DNA of 64,000 nucleotides from a virus. The translations under genes were made by a program, and so were the position numbers. The DNA is taken from IMG/VR virus record IMGVR_UViG_3300042883_000668, positions 1-64,000 of that record. One strand, 5' to 3'. Shown in pieces: positions 1 through 9,206 of this stretch. How positions within the stretch are numbered: position 1 is the first letter of the stretch; every line of letters begins with the position of its first letter. The notes under the pieces are model-generated. The model ran no database searches. It saw only the letters and a program-made list of their open reading frames with translations, and was not told the origin of the DNA.

Positions 1-1
1 T

Positions 2-136
2 ATAGTATACTGCATAATCTACAGGTATTCTTTTGTTGTTAAAAGATGCTCTACAATAATCTTTGTAGAAATCTTTAGTTGATAAGTCTTTAGTAAATTT
101 TCCTTTAGTTCTTTTAGTTGCCTTAAATTCTATCAT
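2..136 (-). CDS. Partial gene (runs off window), possibly IHF/HU-like protein
   Basis: Manual translation MIEFKATKRTKGKFTKDLSTKDFYKDYCRASF...; ATG overlaps stop of 133..813; position after a ring-protein gene as in crAss-like phages. Confidence 0.45.
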   Translation of the reverse strand, partial: MIEFKATKRTKGKFTKDLSTKDFYKDYCRASFNNKRIPVDYAVYY

Positions 137-813
137 TTCTTACCTAATTGATTCTGAGATAATGCATCATTACTTGTATCATGTGGCATTTGTAAGAATG
201 GCATTACTTTAGTTTGCATTATAATATTAGTAATATCATTAGCCATCTTTAATGACACAGGATATTTACTATCCCAAGAAAAACATGCAGATGTTCCACA
301 TGAACTTAATCCTGTTAGATCTTCTGGGTTTTCAAAGATAGCAAATATATTTACATATTCCAATAATAAATCTGAAGTAATATATAAATAATTATCTCTT
401 AAATACCATTGATGTTTAGTACCTGTATATTTATTATACTTATTGTACTTAACTTCAAAAGGATTAGACTTGGATATAATATTTCCTGTAGGAGTAGTTA
501 CTCTTATAATAAAGTTATCACTAGATGTTTCAACAGTTACTGGAATTTGCAATTTAGTTTTAAGTATGTAACAATCTGTAGTTATAAAACAACAATCACT
601 AGCATCTACTAATTCTAATTCAGCACAAGATATTTCTTGTACCCATACATCAGATATATCTTGTCTTTTAGATACTGCTTGAGAAATAAGCATAGATCTA
701 ACTTCATGAAACCAAAAAGCTATTTGCTCATCACTAATTCTAAATGAATAGTTATTCTTACCTGAGTCAGCTATATTCCTGACATCAGCAACTCCAGTTC
801 TTAATGTAAACAT
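133..813 (-). CDS. crAss-like tail ring/tubular protein
   Basis: 226 aa; C-terminal YLYI...IFENPED...YPVS pattern resembling crAss ring proteins; structural block. Confidence 0.6.
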   Translation of the reverse strand: MFTLRTGVADVRNIADSGKNNYSFRISDEQIAFWFHEVRSMLISQAVSKRQDISDVWVQEISCAELELVDASDCCFITTDCYILKTKLQIPVTVETSSDNFIIRVTTPTGNIISKSNPFEVKYNKYNKYTGTKHQWYLRDNYLYITSDLLLEYVNIFAIFENPEDLTGLSSCGTSACFSWDSKYPVSLKMANDITNIIMQTKVMPFLQMPHDTSNDALSQNQLGKK

Positions 814-815
814 AA

Positions 816-1406
816 TTATTTTTTTCTTTTATTTTTAGGTGTCCATCCAAACATTCTATATTTAAATCCAATTATAGGTTGTTTATTAAATGGATTATAT
901 CCAATACTATAAGTACATCTGTCTATACTTAAATCAATTGTAGGTGCTAACATTGTAAGTCCTACAACTAGTCCACCATGTAATTCATATTTGTAAGGTC
1001 TATAAATTAAACTATCTTTTTTAACTACTGTACAATCTTTAATCATTAAAGGTACTTTAAGTTTAATACCTAATTTCATATCTCTTAATATACCTTGAAC
1101 AGTAGTTTGAGTATATGCTTCATATTCAACTTTTTTAATAGTATCATTATATACTAATATTTTATTAACATCTACTGAATCAAAAGGTATCCATACTGTA
1201 TCATGTTTAGGTTTACTAGGATACCACTTATTTTCATAAATAGTATCTTTAGGAAATATAGTATCTCTGTAATTAGTTATAGTAACAACTTCAGGTTCTA
1301 ATATTTTAATTACTTTATTACTACAAGATTTACCTAATAAGAATACTATACAGATTATTACAACTATACAAATTAATTCTAAATTATCTTTAATTTTTTT
1401 AAACAT
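816..1406 (-). CDS. Membrane-anchored lysis accessory protein (spanin-like)
   Basis: N-terminal hydrophobic helix ending LLGKSC, beta-rich C-terminus, directly after holin/endolysin. Confidence 0.45.
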   Translation of the reverse strand: MFKKIKDNLELICIVVIICIVFLLGKSCSNKVIKILEPEVVTITNYRDTIFPKDTIYENKWYPSKPKHDTVWIPFDSVDVNKILVYNDTIKKVEYEAYTQTTVQGILRDMKLGIKLKVPLMIKDCTVVKKDSLIYRPYKYELHGGLVVGLTMLAPTIDLSIDRCTYSIGYNPFNKQPIIGFKYRMFGWTPKNKRKK

Positions 1407-1588
1407 TATTTTTTTAGTTTTAATGTTGACACATAACCACCTGTTGCAATTACTGCAGAAAGTACTAATTTAGGCCATTCTTTTTTAATATCAAAAGTTG
1501 TCCATTCTATTGTCATCCATGCAGAAGCTATTGCTACTACTAAACTTAGTATTGTTGCTCCATAATCTGCTAATTTTCTTTTTGACAT
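1406..1588 (-). CDS. Putative holin
   Basis: 60 aa, two hydrophobic segments, basic termini, adjacent to endolysin. Confidence 0.55.
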   Translation of the reverse strand: MSKRKLADYGATILSLVVAIASAWMTIEWTTFDIKKEWPKLVLSAVIATGGYVSTLKLKK

Positions 1589-1589
1589 A

Positions 1590-2135
1590 TTAAAATTCTT
1601 TAAGTATTGTGTAACTAAAATCTTTTAATCCTGATTCTTTACATCTTTTTATTAAAAAGTTAAAGTCTAAAGGATTGTTTAATACTGTACAGCCCGCACT
1701 CCATTTATCTATTATTGAAGATATTACAGATGGATTTGCTCTATGTATATTGATACCAAATAATCCTGTATCAACTACTGCTGTTTCTTCACTAAAATTA
1801 TTCTTATTAGAATCTCTGTAAACAGTTACAGGTTTTCTTTGACAAAGAGCTTCATATTTACCTTGATGTAAAGCTAACTTCCAAGTATCTAAATATTGAT
1901 TAGGTTTAAGTAATGCTGCACCTTTTGAATTTAATAAATTCTTTAACCAATGAGTGCCAGGATTAGTAGTTCCTGTAAACCAAGTAATGTTATCTTTTTC
2001 AACAAGTCCTATTAAGTCATCAAACTTATTTGGACTATCTGTTTTTGATCTAATACCAACTATCTGAAATGGCAACCACTTGTAACCTAACTTGGTAAAT
2101 TGTAATTGTAGTTCTTCAACTTTGTATTTTTTCAT
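1590..2135 (-). CDS. Putative endolysin, YkuD/L,D-transpeptidase-like cysteine peptidase
   Basis: GINIHRAN...WSAGC matches the Hx(14-17)[S/T]xGC catalytic signature; flanked by membrane proteins. Confidence 0.7.
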   Translation of the reverse strand: MKKYKVEELQLQFTKLGYKWLPFQIVGIRSKTDSPNKFDDLIGLVEKDNITWFTGTTNPGTHWLKNLLNSKGAALLKPNQYLDTWKLALHQGKYEALCQRKPVTVYRDSNKNNFSEETAVVDTGLFGINIHRANPSVISSIIDKWSAGCTVLNNPLDFNFLIKRCKESGLKDFSYTILKEF

Positions 2136-2137
2136 GA

Positions 2138-2548
2138 CTAGATATTTTTAGCTTTTAAATAACCTGTTAGTTCAGCTAAACTATTGCTTATGCTTTGTTG
2201 CATCTTTTCAACTGAATCTAACTTATTCCACAATTTATTGTGGGCTACTTCTTGTTCACTTTTAATCTCACTTATTTTAGTGTAAATTAGATTTTCTTTT
2301 TTTTCTACTGTATCCATGATATATTCTACTGTTGCTTTTTTAGTATTCTTGGAATGTAAAAACTTTTCATTTACAATCTTTTTAAATTCATCTAATTCAT
2401 CATTAGTTTCTGTAATTTTTAATTCAGTTTTTTCAGTACTAGATTTAATCATATAAATAAAACCAATAACAGAACCTAAGCCAATAACAATTGTAACTAC
2501 GTCTTTTATATTAAATGTTAATTCATTTGCGTCCATATTATTTAACAA
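2138..2548 (-). CDS. Single-TM coiled-coil protein (holin/antiholin/spanin-like)
   Basis: TM VVTIVIGLGSVIGFIYMI followed by coiled coil; in lysis cassette. Confidence 0.45.
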   Translation of the reverse strand: MLNNMDANELTFNIKDVVTIVIGLGSVIGFIYMIKSSTEKTELKITETNDELDEFKKIVNEKFLHSKNTKKATVEYIMDTVEKKENLIYTKISEIKSEQEVAHNKLWNKLDSVEKMQQSISNSLAELTGYLKAKNI

Positions 2549-2551
2549 AGT

Positions 2552-2755
2552 TTATTTTAATGCGTTTATTAATTCGTCAATTGTTTTATAGTTTATTTCA
2601 TTCACTGATGTATTTGGATAGTCAAAGTAGTAAGTGTTATATCCTGCTAATGTTAAATTCAAAGCCATTTCATCTAATTTTTGAATATCAATTATATCAG
2701 CATTTTGAATATCTCTCCACGTAATTGTATTATTTATTTTAATTAAATTTTCCAT
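2552..2755 (-). CDS. Hypothetical protein (possible fibre chaperone)
   Basis: 67 aa ORF translationally coupled to fibre gene. Confidence 0.4.
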   Translation of the reverse strand: MENLIKINNTITWRDIQNADIIDIQKLDEMALNLTLAGYNTYYFDYPNTSVNEINYKTIDELINALK

Positions 2756-4242
2756 TAAAATTTTTGTATTATAAGTGAACTCATTACCGTGCTATTACCT
2801 ACCGCTGCATTTTGAAAGGCTGCAATTACATATTGATTAACAGCCCAATTAATATTTAAACTAGATGCGCCACTTGTGCCAGCCGCTACTTCACTACCAG
2901 CAGCACCACCACTTGAGTTAATAGTTTCGCTATTAGTTGAAGATTTAATATATAAACTACGTTCCATTCCAAAAAAAGAAAATGTGCCTTGTGCTATTCC
3001 AACAAGCGTTGCACCTGTTAAACTATTAGTCGTATTAATGTATAAATAATCAGTAGCAGCACCAGTTGCAGTACTTCTAACAGCTCTATTTAATACCTTA
3101 ACAATATCACCAGTTGTAAAAGTATTAGCAGGTATTAATACTGATTTCATTAAAGTAATGGCAGTCGTTCCTGTTAGGGCTGTGCTATCAGTAATATCTT
3201 TAGATACAATTTGAATTGAATTGCTAGGAGATACAGTTAAAGGTAAAGGAACTAAAGACCTAACAGGATTTGAACCTCCAAATTGAAAATCATAAGTAGG
3301 GGCAGAACCACCTACTATTCTACTTCCATAAAACTTTAAAACAATTCTATCAGTTGATAAAAATGTTCCATCATTCCATAATGCAGTTGCTGAAAATTGA
3401 GCATAAACACCATTAAAAACAGGAGGAGTACTTCCCGAAGTAGTAATTAAAGTTTCAGTTCCTGCACTATCTCTTTTATAAACTTCAAAATAAAATTCAG
3501 CATCTCCCGAACCCGCAGTTTTTCTAATATTTCCAATCGTAGAAATATTAATAACACCAGGATTACCAACTATTACATTTGTTGAGGTAATTAAACTAGA
3601 TATAAATTGATTAGTAGTTGTTATCGAGCCTGTGCTTACATCTGCTGCAACTGTGTTATAACTTGGGTCTGTTATGCTACTTACTAGCTTAACATAAGTA
3701 GGAATGTCACTTGCAACCGTTGTAGCATATAAAATAAGATTAGAAGGTAAATCATTTAAAGAAATAAATTTATTACCGTCATCACCGTCATTTATTAAGT
3801 CAGAAGTCTTTGTTACGGCTAATGCCACAGTTTCAATTATTCTATCATAATTTAAGTTAGAATAATATACTGACTTAATCTTAATTGAATAGATTAAAGC
3901 TACAGTTGCATCTGTATAAGTTCCTGATGATGTCCATGCCCCTGTAGTGGGATTAAGAGATGCTGTTACTACAACTCCACCTACCGTTTTAGGACTCTCA
4001 TACGTTGGCTTATTCGAGCCATCAATCTTTGAAAGTATTGCGTTACCCGATAAACCAAACTCATTTGAGTTAATGGTTGAGTTTGTTGGGATTGTGAGGC
4101 TTCCGCTTGTTCCTGACACAATCTCATAATATGTAATTTTGTATTCATTGTTTTCTAAAGTTGTTACACGATTATTTAATGCAGGGTCTGCTCCAGCTTG
4201 ACTGAATATCTTTTTAGGATTTTTAAATGCTGATTGTCCCAT
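2755..4242 (-). CDS. Tail fibre/receptor-binding-like protein
   Basis: 495 aa, S/T/G-rich beta-type composition, VTKTSDLINDG fibre repeat-like motif. Confidence 0.6.
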   Translation of the reverse strand: MGQSAFKNPKKIFSQAGADPALNNRVTTLENNEYKITYYEIVSGTSGSLTIPTNSTINSNEFGLSGNAILSKIDGSNKPTYESPKTVGGVVVTASLNPTTGAWTSSGTYTDATVALIYSIKIKSVYYSNLNYDRIIETVALAVTKTSDLINDGDDGNKFISLNDLPSNLILYATTVASDIPTYVKLVSSITDPSYNTVAADVSTGSITTTNQFISSLITSTNVIVGNPGVINISTIGNIRKTAGSGDAEFYFEVYKRDSAGTETLITTSGSTPPVFNGVYAQFSATALWNDGTFLSTDRIVLKFYGSRIVGGSAPTYDFQFGGSNPVRSLVPLPLTVSPSNSIQIVSKDITDSTALTGTTAITLMKSVLIPANTFTTGDIVKVLNRAVRSTATGAATDYLYINTTNSLTGATLVGIAQGTFSFFGMERSLYIKSSTNSETINSSGGAAGSEVAAGTSGASSLNINWAVNQYVIAAFQNAAVGNSTVMSSLIIQKF

Positions 4243-4247
4243 ATTTA

Positions 4248-4508
4248 CTAATTTTCACTAAATGGTGGAAAAGGATTTTCTTTAGGTACATATAGTATTA
4301 ATGGTAAATCTTGTACCCACATATAATTTGGATTTATGTTATTAGCCATCTCCTCAACAGAGATAATCCAATTATCTGCGTTATCTTGAATAGGATTAAA
4401 ATAACAATCTGGAGCATACATTTGCCCTACTAATTCATCTTTTTGAGTTTCTGTTAGAAGTCCTACATAAGTAGTATATTCTGCTCTTGTTATATCTGTT
4501 AGTTTCAT
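4248..4508 (-). CDS. Hypothetical protein (fibre-associated)
   Basis: 86 aa ORF following 4521..5348. Confidence 0.5.
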   Translation of the reverse strand: MKLTDITRAEYTTYVGLLTETQKDELVGQMYAPDCYFNPIQDNADNWIISVEEMANNINPNYMWVQDLPLILYVPKENPFPPFSEN

Positions 4509-4520
4509 AATTTATATTTG

Positions 4521-5348
4521 TTAAACATTTCTACCTAAAGTTACTTGGAAGGCATTAACGGCATTGTAAAAAGCTAAAGCTTCAGCATCTGTTAAGCCAT
4601 CACCAATTGATGCAAAGGCACATTGAAAATTTGAAAATTGACTTACTACTCCGTTTAAATTTAAAGCACCAATTGTGATAGGAAAATTTATAGTTGCAAC
4701 ATTATAAGTATTAGATGCTACATTATTTAAAGCCATAACAGCGTTTCTATAAGACTTAAATGATGTGCTTGTAGTTCTACTATTTATATAAAAAGCAGCA
4801 CCAGTGTTATCACTTACAAAATTTCTACAAGTAGTATAATTATAAGAATCCATTGTCACTGAGTTAATTGCATTCCTGCCATAAATAGTAAATAATGGTA
4901 AAGACGTTGCTCCTGTGGATGCACCAATTAAGCCAAGATTAGCTCCAGATGTTACCGTTCTTGAATAATAAGACATGTGAGTATTATTATTTGTTAAAGC
5001 CGCTAATGGATTTAAAAAAGTAGATGCGTAGGCATTTGTACCATTTGGCAGATAGCCATTTGCACTAAACGTACCACCACCAAAAAAAGTTAATCTATAA
5101 GCGGCATTGCTATCAACAGGGTTTTTTAAATTCCACTTGCAACTTGTTGAAGTTCCACCTACCATTGGATAAACAGCTTTAAACTTAGTCCAAATGTTGG
5201 CTGCTTTGCTATCTACTACCCATTGATTAACAGCATTTTTTTCAGTAGTAGTAAGCGTTACTCCTGCTCCTGTTTGAGCATTAAAGAATAACTGAGCATC
5301 TGGGTCATAAGCTGTACCAACAGAATATATGTAAGGATTTATTATCAT
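4521..5348 (-). CDS. Putative virion beta-sandwich (ConA/LamG-like) fibre protein
   Basis: 275 aa; N/T/S-rich; C-terminal ITIGALN...CAFASIGDGLT..EALAFYNAV pattern resembles LamG-like end. Confidence 0.45.
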   Translation of the reverse strand: MIINPYIYSVGTAYDPDAQLFFNAQTGAGVTLTTTEKNAVNQWVVDSKAANIWTKFKAVYPMVGGTSTSCKWNLKNPVDSNAAYRLTFFGGGTFSANGYLPNGTNAYASTFLNPLAALTNNNTHMSYYSRTVTSGANLGLIGASTGATSLPLFTIYGRNAINSVTMDSYNYTTCRNFVSDNTGAAFYINSRTTSTSFKSYRNAVMALNNVASNTYNVATINFPITIGALNLNGVVSQFSNFQCAFASIGDGLTDAEALAFYNAVNAFQVTLGRNV

Positions 5349-5788
5349 GCCCTAACTCCTTTTAATAATATTTTTAAACCTTTAGCAGTACCATCTCCTA
5401 TTTGGTCAATATCTATAGTTATTAAAGCATCATCTGCCAAAGCACTATCTGATATTACAGGGTCTGTTGTAGCAGTTGTGCTAGTTAATTCAGTATTATC
5501 TATTGTTAATTTAGTAGAAAGTATTGTTGCTCCCGCTTCATTAATATCTACTGTAAATATAGTGCCACTTGCTTGAGCAGTTACCAAAGAAGCTCTAACT
5601 GCTGATACAGTCATAGCAAAAGGCATTCTAAAGCTAACCTTAGCTGTACCTGTTGTTAAAGCAGTAGATTCATCACTTGCAGCTAATTGAATTTCACATG
5701 GAGAACCTACTAAGTTAACAGCAGCTCCATTACTACTTCCTCCATTTTGAGAAAATAATTTTCTTGCATTTTTAAAAGCTGAAATCAT
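5345..5788 (-). CDS. Putative virion structural protein
   Basis: 147 aa, A/T-rich beta protein; shares N-terminal motif with 2755..4242. Confidence 0.5.
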   Translation of the reverse strand: MISAFKNARKLFSQNGGSSNGAAVNLVGSPCEIQLAASDESTALTTGTAKVSFRMPFAMTVSAVRASLVTAQASGTIFTVDINEAGATILSTKLTIDNTELTSTTATTDPVISDSALADDALITIDIDQIGDGTAKGLKILLKGVRA

Positions 5789-5794
5789 TGTTTA

Positions 5795-6145
5795 TTATTT
5801 ATAATAAGTAATATGTAAAGTATGAGTACCTGCACCAGTTTGTATTGCTTGAAAATTAACTAGATTTTGATAATCACTTATATCAAATATATCTAAATTA
5901 TTTAAAGCCATACCATCAGTTGCTGTAGGAATACCACCTGTAATTAAATATCTTACTGGGATAGATGCAGTCACTGAAGATTCTAATCTAATTTCTGCAT
6001 ATTTAGCATTTGCAGGAACAGTTAAAGTTGTTGCAGTACCAGTAACTGTTAGTTTTTGATAAGCAAATGCTTTAAAACTATTAAGGTTTTGTTTAAGTAA
6101 CTGGTCTAAATAACTTTTACTTTGATTTCCAAATTGTAAATTCAT
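5795..6145 (-). CDS. Putative virion structural protein
   Basis: 116 aa small beta-sandwich-like ORF in tail block. Confidence 0.45.
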   Translation of the reverse strand: MNLQFGNQSKSYLDQLLKQNLNSFKAFAYQKLTVTGTATTLTVPANAKYAEIRLESSVTASIPVRYLITGGIPTATDGMALNNLDIFDISDYQNLVNFQAIQTGAGTHTLHITYYK

Positions 6146-6156
6146 TTTATTTTATT

Positions 6157-6783
6157 TTAAGTTGTTAATTGGCAATCACAAATATCACATTGACGCATTA
6201 TATCATGCATCATAATATCTGCTTGTTCTTCTGTTAAGCAATTTTCAACAAGAGTTGTTGTTGTAGTTGAACATACTCCAGGAAGAGTATTATTAAATAT
6301 AATTTCAAAAGGAGTTTCTCTACCATATTGTGCTGTAAAACTAATATTTAATATATTACAAGTTAATACTAAATTAAATATTTTATTTTTTTCACCAGTT
6401 ATTGTATAAGAAACAAGAACTCCTAATGCAGTTAATTTATTTATTATTAATTGATAACCACTATTTACACTATCTGAAAGAAGTGTATATGTTGTACCAT
6501 TAACATTTAATTGAATGGTTAAATTAGTTTTACTACTTAACCAAAAAAATTCTGATTCAGATAGTCCTGTAAAAAATTTACCATTAATATTTTCAGATAT
6601 TGTAACTATTGGAAAGTTATAACATTTTAATGTTTCAATTCTATCAATTAATAATTTTAATTTATCAAATTCAGTATCTACACAAATGTTACCTTTGTTA
6701 TATAAATTAGCTACACTATTTGCTAATTGACTAGAGCAACATAATGCATTAGATAATACTATATTTAAATTTGTTTCTGTCAT
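6157..6783 (-). CDS. Putative tail hub protein, Cys-rich C-terminus
   Basis: 208 aa; ends CLTEEQ...QCDICDC. Confidence 0.45.
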   Translation of the reverse strand: MTETNLNIVLSNALCCSSQLANSVANLYNKGNICVDTEFDKLKLLIDRIETLKCYNFPIVTISENINGKFFTGLSESEFFWLSSKTNLTIQLNVNGTTYTLLSDSVNSGYQLIINKLTALGVLVSYTITGEKNKIFNLVLTCNILNISFTAQYGRETPFEIIFNNTLPGVCSTTTTTLVENCLTEEQADIMMHDIMRQCDICDCQLTT

Positions 6784-7238
6784 TATCCTAATATTACTAA
6801 TCTATAAGTTCCATAATTACCAGCAGTATCAATTCTAACATCTCCTGTTGCACTAATTACTCTTACATCATAACTAAAAGTTGTACTAAAATCACCATTA
6901 CTTAATAATAACCAATAAGGTGATTCTCCATTTATATAAAGCCATAATTGAATATGTATATCTACAAAAGGATTTGCAGTAGTTCCATCAGCTAAACAAC
7001 CTGTTGGAACAATTCTACAAAATCTCCATTGTGAATATGGTACAACAATAGTTTGTTCTATATCTTCAGTTACAAATTGTTTTACAAATTTAAAAGCATT
7101 AGTACCATCAATTCCATTTGTACCATTTCTACCATCTGTACCATCTGTACCATCAACACCATCTGTACCATTATTACCAGGTATCCCTTGAGGACCAATT
7201 GGACCAATAGGTATTGTTAATTCATTACATTTACACAT
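6783..7238 (-). CDS. Collagen-like repeat virion protein
   Basis: GPIGPQGIPGNNGTDGVDGTDGTDGRNGTNGIDGTN Gly-X-Y run. Confidence 0.7.
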   Translation of the reverse strand: MCKCNELTIPIGPIGPQGIPGNNGTDGVDGTDGTDGRNGTNGIDGTNAFKFVKQFVTEDIEQTIVVPYSQWRFCRIVPTGCLADGTTANPFVDIHIQLWLYINGESPYWLLLSNGDFSTTFSYDVRVISATGDVRIDTAGNYGTYRLVILG

Positions 7239-7242
7239 ATTA

Positions 7243-8058
7243 TTATATTTTAATTATGTAATTAAACACTACATATGGTTGCATATTATTGTGAGTTCCT
7301 CCACCAGCTTGTCCACTAGTTGTACCATCACCAGTATTACCTGTATGTCTATGATCACCATTTGATGTTGTAACACCAAAATTAGTTACTGGTTCACCAC
7401 CTGTACCATCAAGATCTGCAAGATTAGAATTTCTATTTACAGATCCACCTTGAAGATTATAATTGTGTTGGTGATTTCCAGAAAGATTAAAAATAGCTCC
7501 ATCTACACCTTGATCTAATTTATGAGTATGTTTAGGTATTTCTGCATTAAGTAATAAATGATCTGTTTCACCACCTACATTTCCTAAAGTATTAAATGCT
7601 GTAACACTAGAATCATATCCTACTGGTACACTTGTTTTTAAATTAGGTAAATTAAAAGTAGAAAACCCATCACCTACACCATACTTATCACCTATTACTG
7701 CAAATAATGCAGCATAAGTTCCAGCTCTATTAACTATTTGACCATTGCAACTAACCCATCCTGTTGGAGCAGTTAATGAGCCAAATGGTAATATTGCTCC
7801 TGTTGGAACAAGTCCACCTGAACTAGAACTATTTATAATAGTTACTAATGCAGCAGTATCAATACCAATTACTGCAGAAGTTGAAGTACCTGTATTAGTA
7901 ATAGGTGCAGTTACACTAATAACTCCACTAGGACCTTGTACTCCAGGATCACCTTGAATACCCTGTTCTCCCTGAATACCTTGAATACCCTGAGGTCCTT
8001 CTGGACCTTCTGGACCTTGAGGTCCTATAGGTATATTTAGTTGACTACAATCATCCAT
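7243..8058 (-). CDS. Collagen-repeat tail fibre with phage tail collar domain
   Basis: Gly-X-Y run, then [23 protein letters not shown]...YAALFAVIG...TFNLPNL collar motif and C-terminal [15 protein letters not shown]. Confidence 0.85.
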   Translation of the reverse strand: MDDCSQLNIPIGPQGPEGPEGPQGIQGIQGEQGIQGDPGVQGPSGVISVTAPITNTGTSTSAVIGIDTAALVTIINSSSSGGLVPTGAILPFGSLTAPTGWVSCNGQIVNRAGTYAALFAVIGDKYGVGDGFSTFNLPNLKTSVPVGYDSSVTAFNTLGNVGGETDHLLLNAEIPKHTHKLDQGVDGAIFNLSGNHQHNYNLQGGSVNRNSNLADLDGTGGEPVTNFGVTTSNGDHRHTGNTGDGTTSGQAGGGTHNNMQPYVVFNYIIKI

Positions 8059-8059
8059 A

Positions 8060-8473
8060 TTATACTACTTTTATAACAGTTATTGATCCATTATTTATAT
8101 ATGCATTTGATCCAGAAGCAGCTAATCTAAATCCTATATCATCTCCTGTAACAACTCCTGTAATTTTACAATTATGAGTATATGTAGTTTCAGGTATTTC
8201 ATCAGGACCTACTCTATGATTAGCATTAATATTTGATTCTACAATATTATTTTTAGTTAATTGTGAAGTTAAATAAGTTGCTCCTTCACTAGGAATAAGG
8301 TCAATATATAATTCTAATTGAAGAATATAATCTCCATCTTCTAAAGCAGTATATTCAAATGCGTAAGAAGTATCTTTTAAAATATCAATAGCTTCTACAG
8401 ATATAAAATCTACAGTATTTACTGATGTAGTAGTATTTGTTTGAACTATTATTTTTTTACAGCAATCACACAT
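8060..8473 (-). CDS. Putative virion protein (C1q/TNF-like beta head possible)
   Basis: 137 aa; begins MCDCCKK; beta-rich. Confidence 0.4.
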   Translation of the reverse strand: MCDCCKKIIVQTNTTTSVNTVDFISVEAIDILKDTSYAFEYTALEDGDYILQLELYIDLIPSEGATYLTSQLTKNNIVESNINANHRVGPDEIPETTYTHNCKITGVVTGDDIGFRLAASGSNAYINNGSITVIKVV

Positions 8474-8500
8474 GGTTATATAATATAAGGTTTTTATTTG

Positions 8501-9076
8501 TTATTTGCAAGTTTTACAATTATTATTTTTACATAATTTTGTAATTATTTTTAATATGTTAGTAAAAGTGGTAACATCCCCACATTGAGCAGCATTTTTT
8601 AATGCTTGTAAAAATGTCCAAGCTTTGTAATAATCTTTAATATTTTCATCAGTTTCACAACAATCACATGTTAAGTTTAAATTAGATAACATTTGATTAA
8701 CACAACATTCTGCATTACAATAAAATAACTTACTTATAGATTTACTATATGTAACAATAGAACCATGATTATCATAAGTTACTTTGTATACAAATGTATA
8801 CATTCCATCAGGTAAAACTGTTGAAGAAGTAATAGTGTAACCATCAGCAATAATATCATCTGTAGGAAATCCTTCAGGCATTAAGTCAATAGTAGTTACT
8901 AAACCACTAGGATTTGTTGTAGTTAATGTTGCAGTAGTTGCAGCAGCAGTAGTTTCATTAGGTGCACCATATCCACCTGTATTGTAAGTAGCATCATATT
9001 TACCAGTAGTTTCTGAAAAGATTAAATCTTTACAACCATTGGCTTGACATATTTCAAAATTAAGTATTAATGACAT
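8501..9076 (-). CDS. Putative tail hub/structural protein, Cys-rich
   Basis: 191 aa; LPDGMYTFVYKV and multiple CxxC/CC motifs. Confidence 0.5.
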   Translation of the reverse strand: MSLILNFEICQANGCKDLIFSETTGKYDATYNTGGYGAPNETTAAATTATLTTTNPSGLVTTIDLMPEGFPTDDIIADGYTITSSTVLPDGMYTFVYKVTYDNHGSIVTYSKSISKLFYCNAECCVNQMLSNLNLTCDCCETDENIKDYYKAWTFLQALKNAAQCGDVTTFTNILKIITKLCKNNNCKTCK

Positions 9077-9103
9077 TTTTTTTAAATTTTTAGTGCATAA
9101 GTA

Positions 9104-9145
9104 AAGCCCCTGGAAAACTTTTAAGGAAGAAAAACCAGGGGCTTA
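9104..9145 (-). terminator. Stem-loop, probable terminator/attenuator
   Basis: AAGCCCCTGG...CCAGGGGCTT inverted repeat in intergenic gap. Confidence 0.55.
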
Positions 9146-9206
9146 TTATACTAATTAAGGCTTTAAAGTTTGATATACCAGATAGGTATAATAAGCAATC
9201 TAAGAA

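Noticed and set aside
7100-8030. Tandem 9-nt repeats as CRISPR, VNTR or DGR signal
   Set aside because: They encode collagen Gly-X-Y; no spacers, reverse transcriptase or template/variable repeat pair seen
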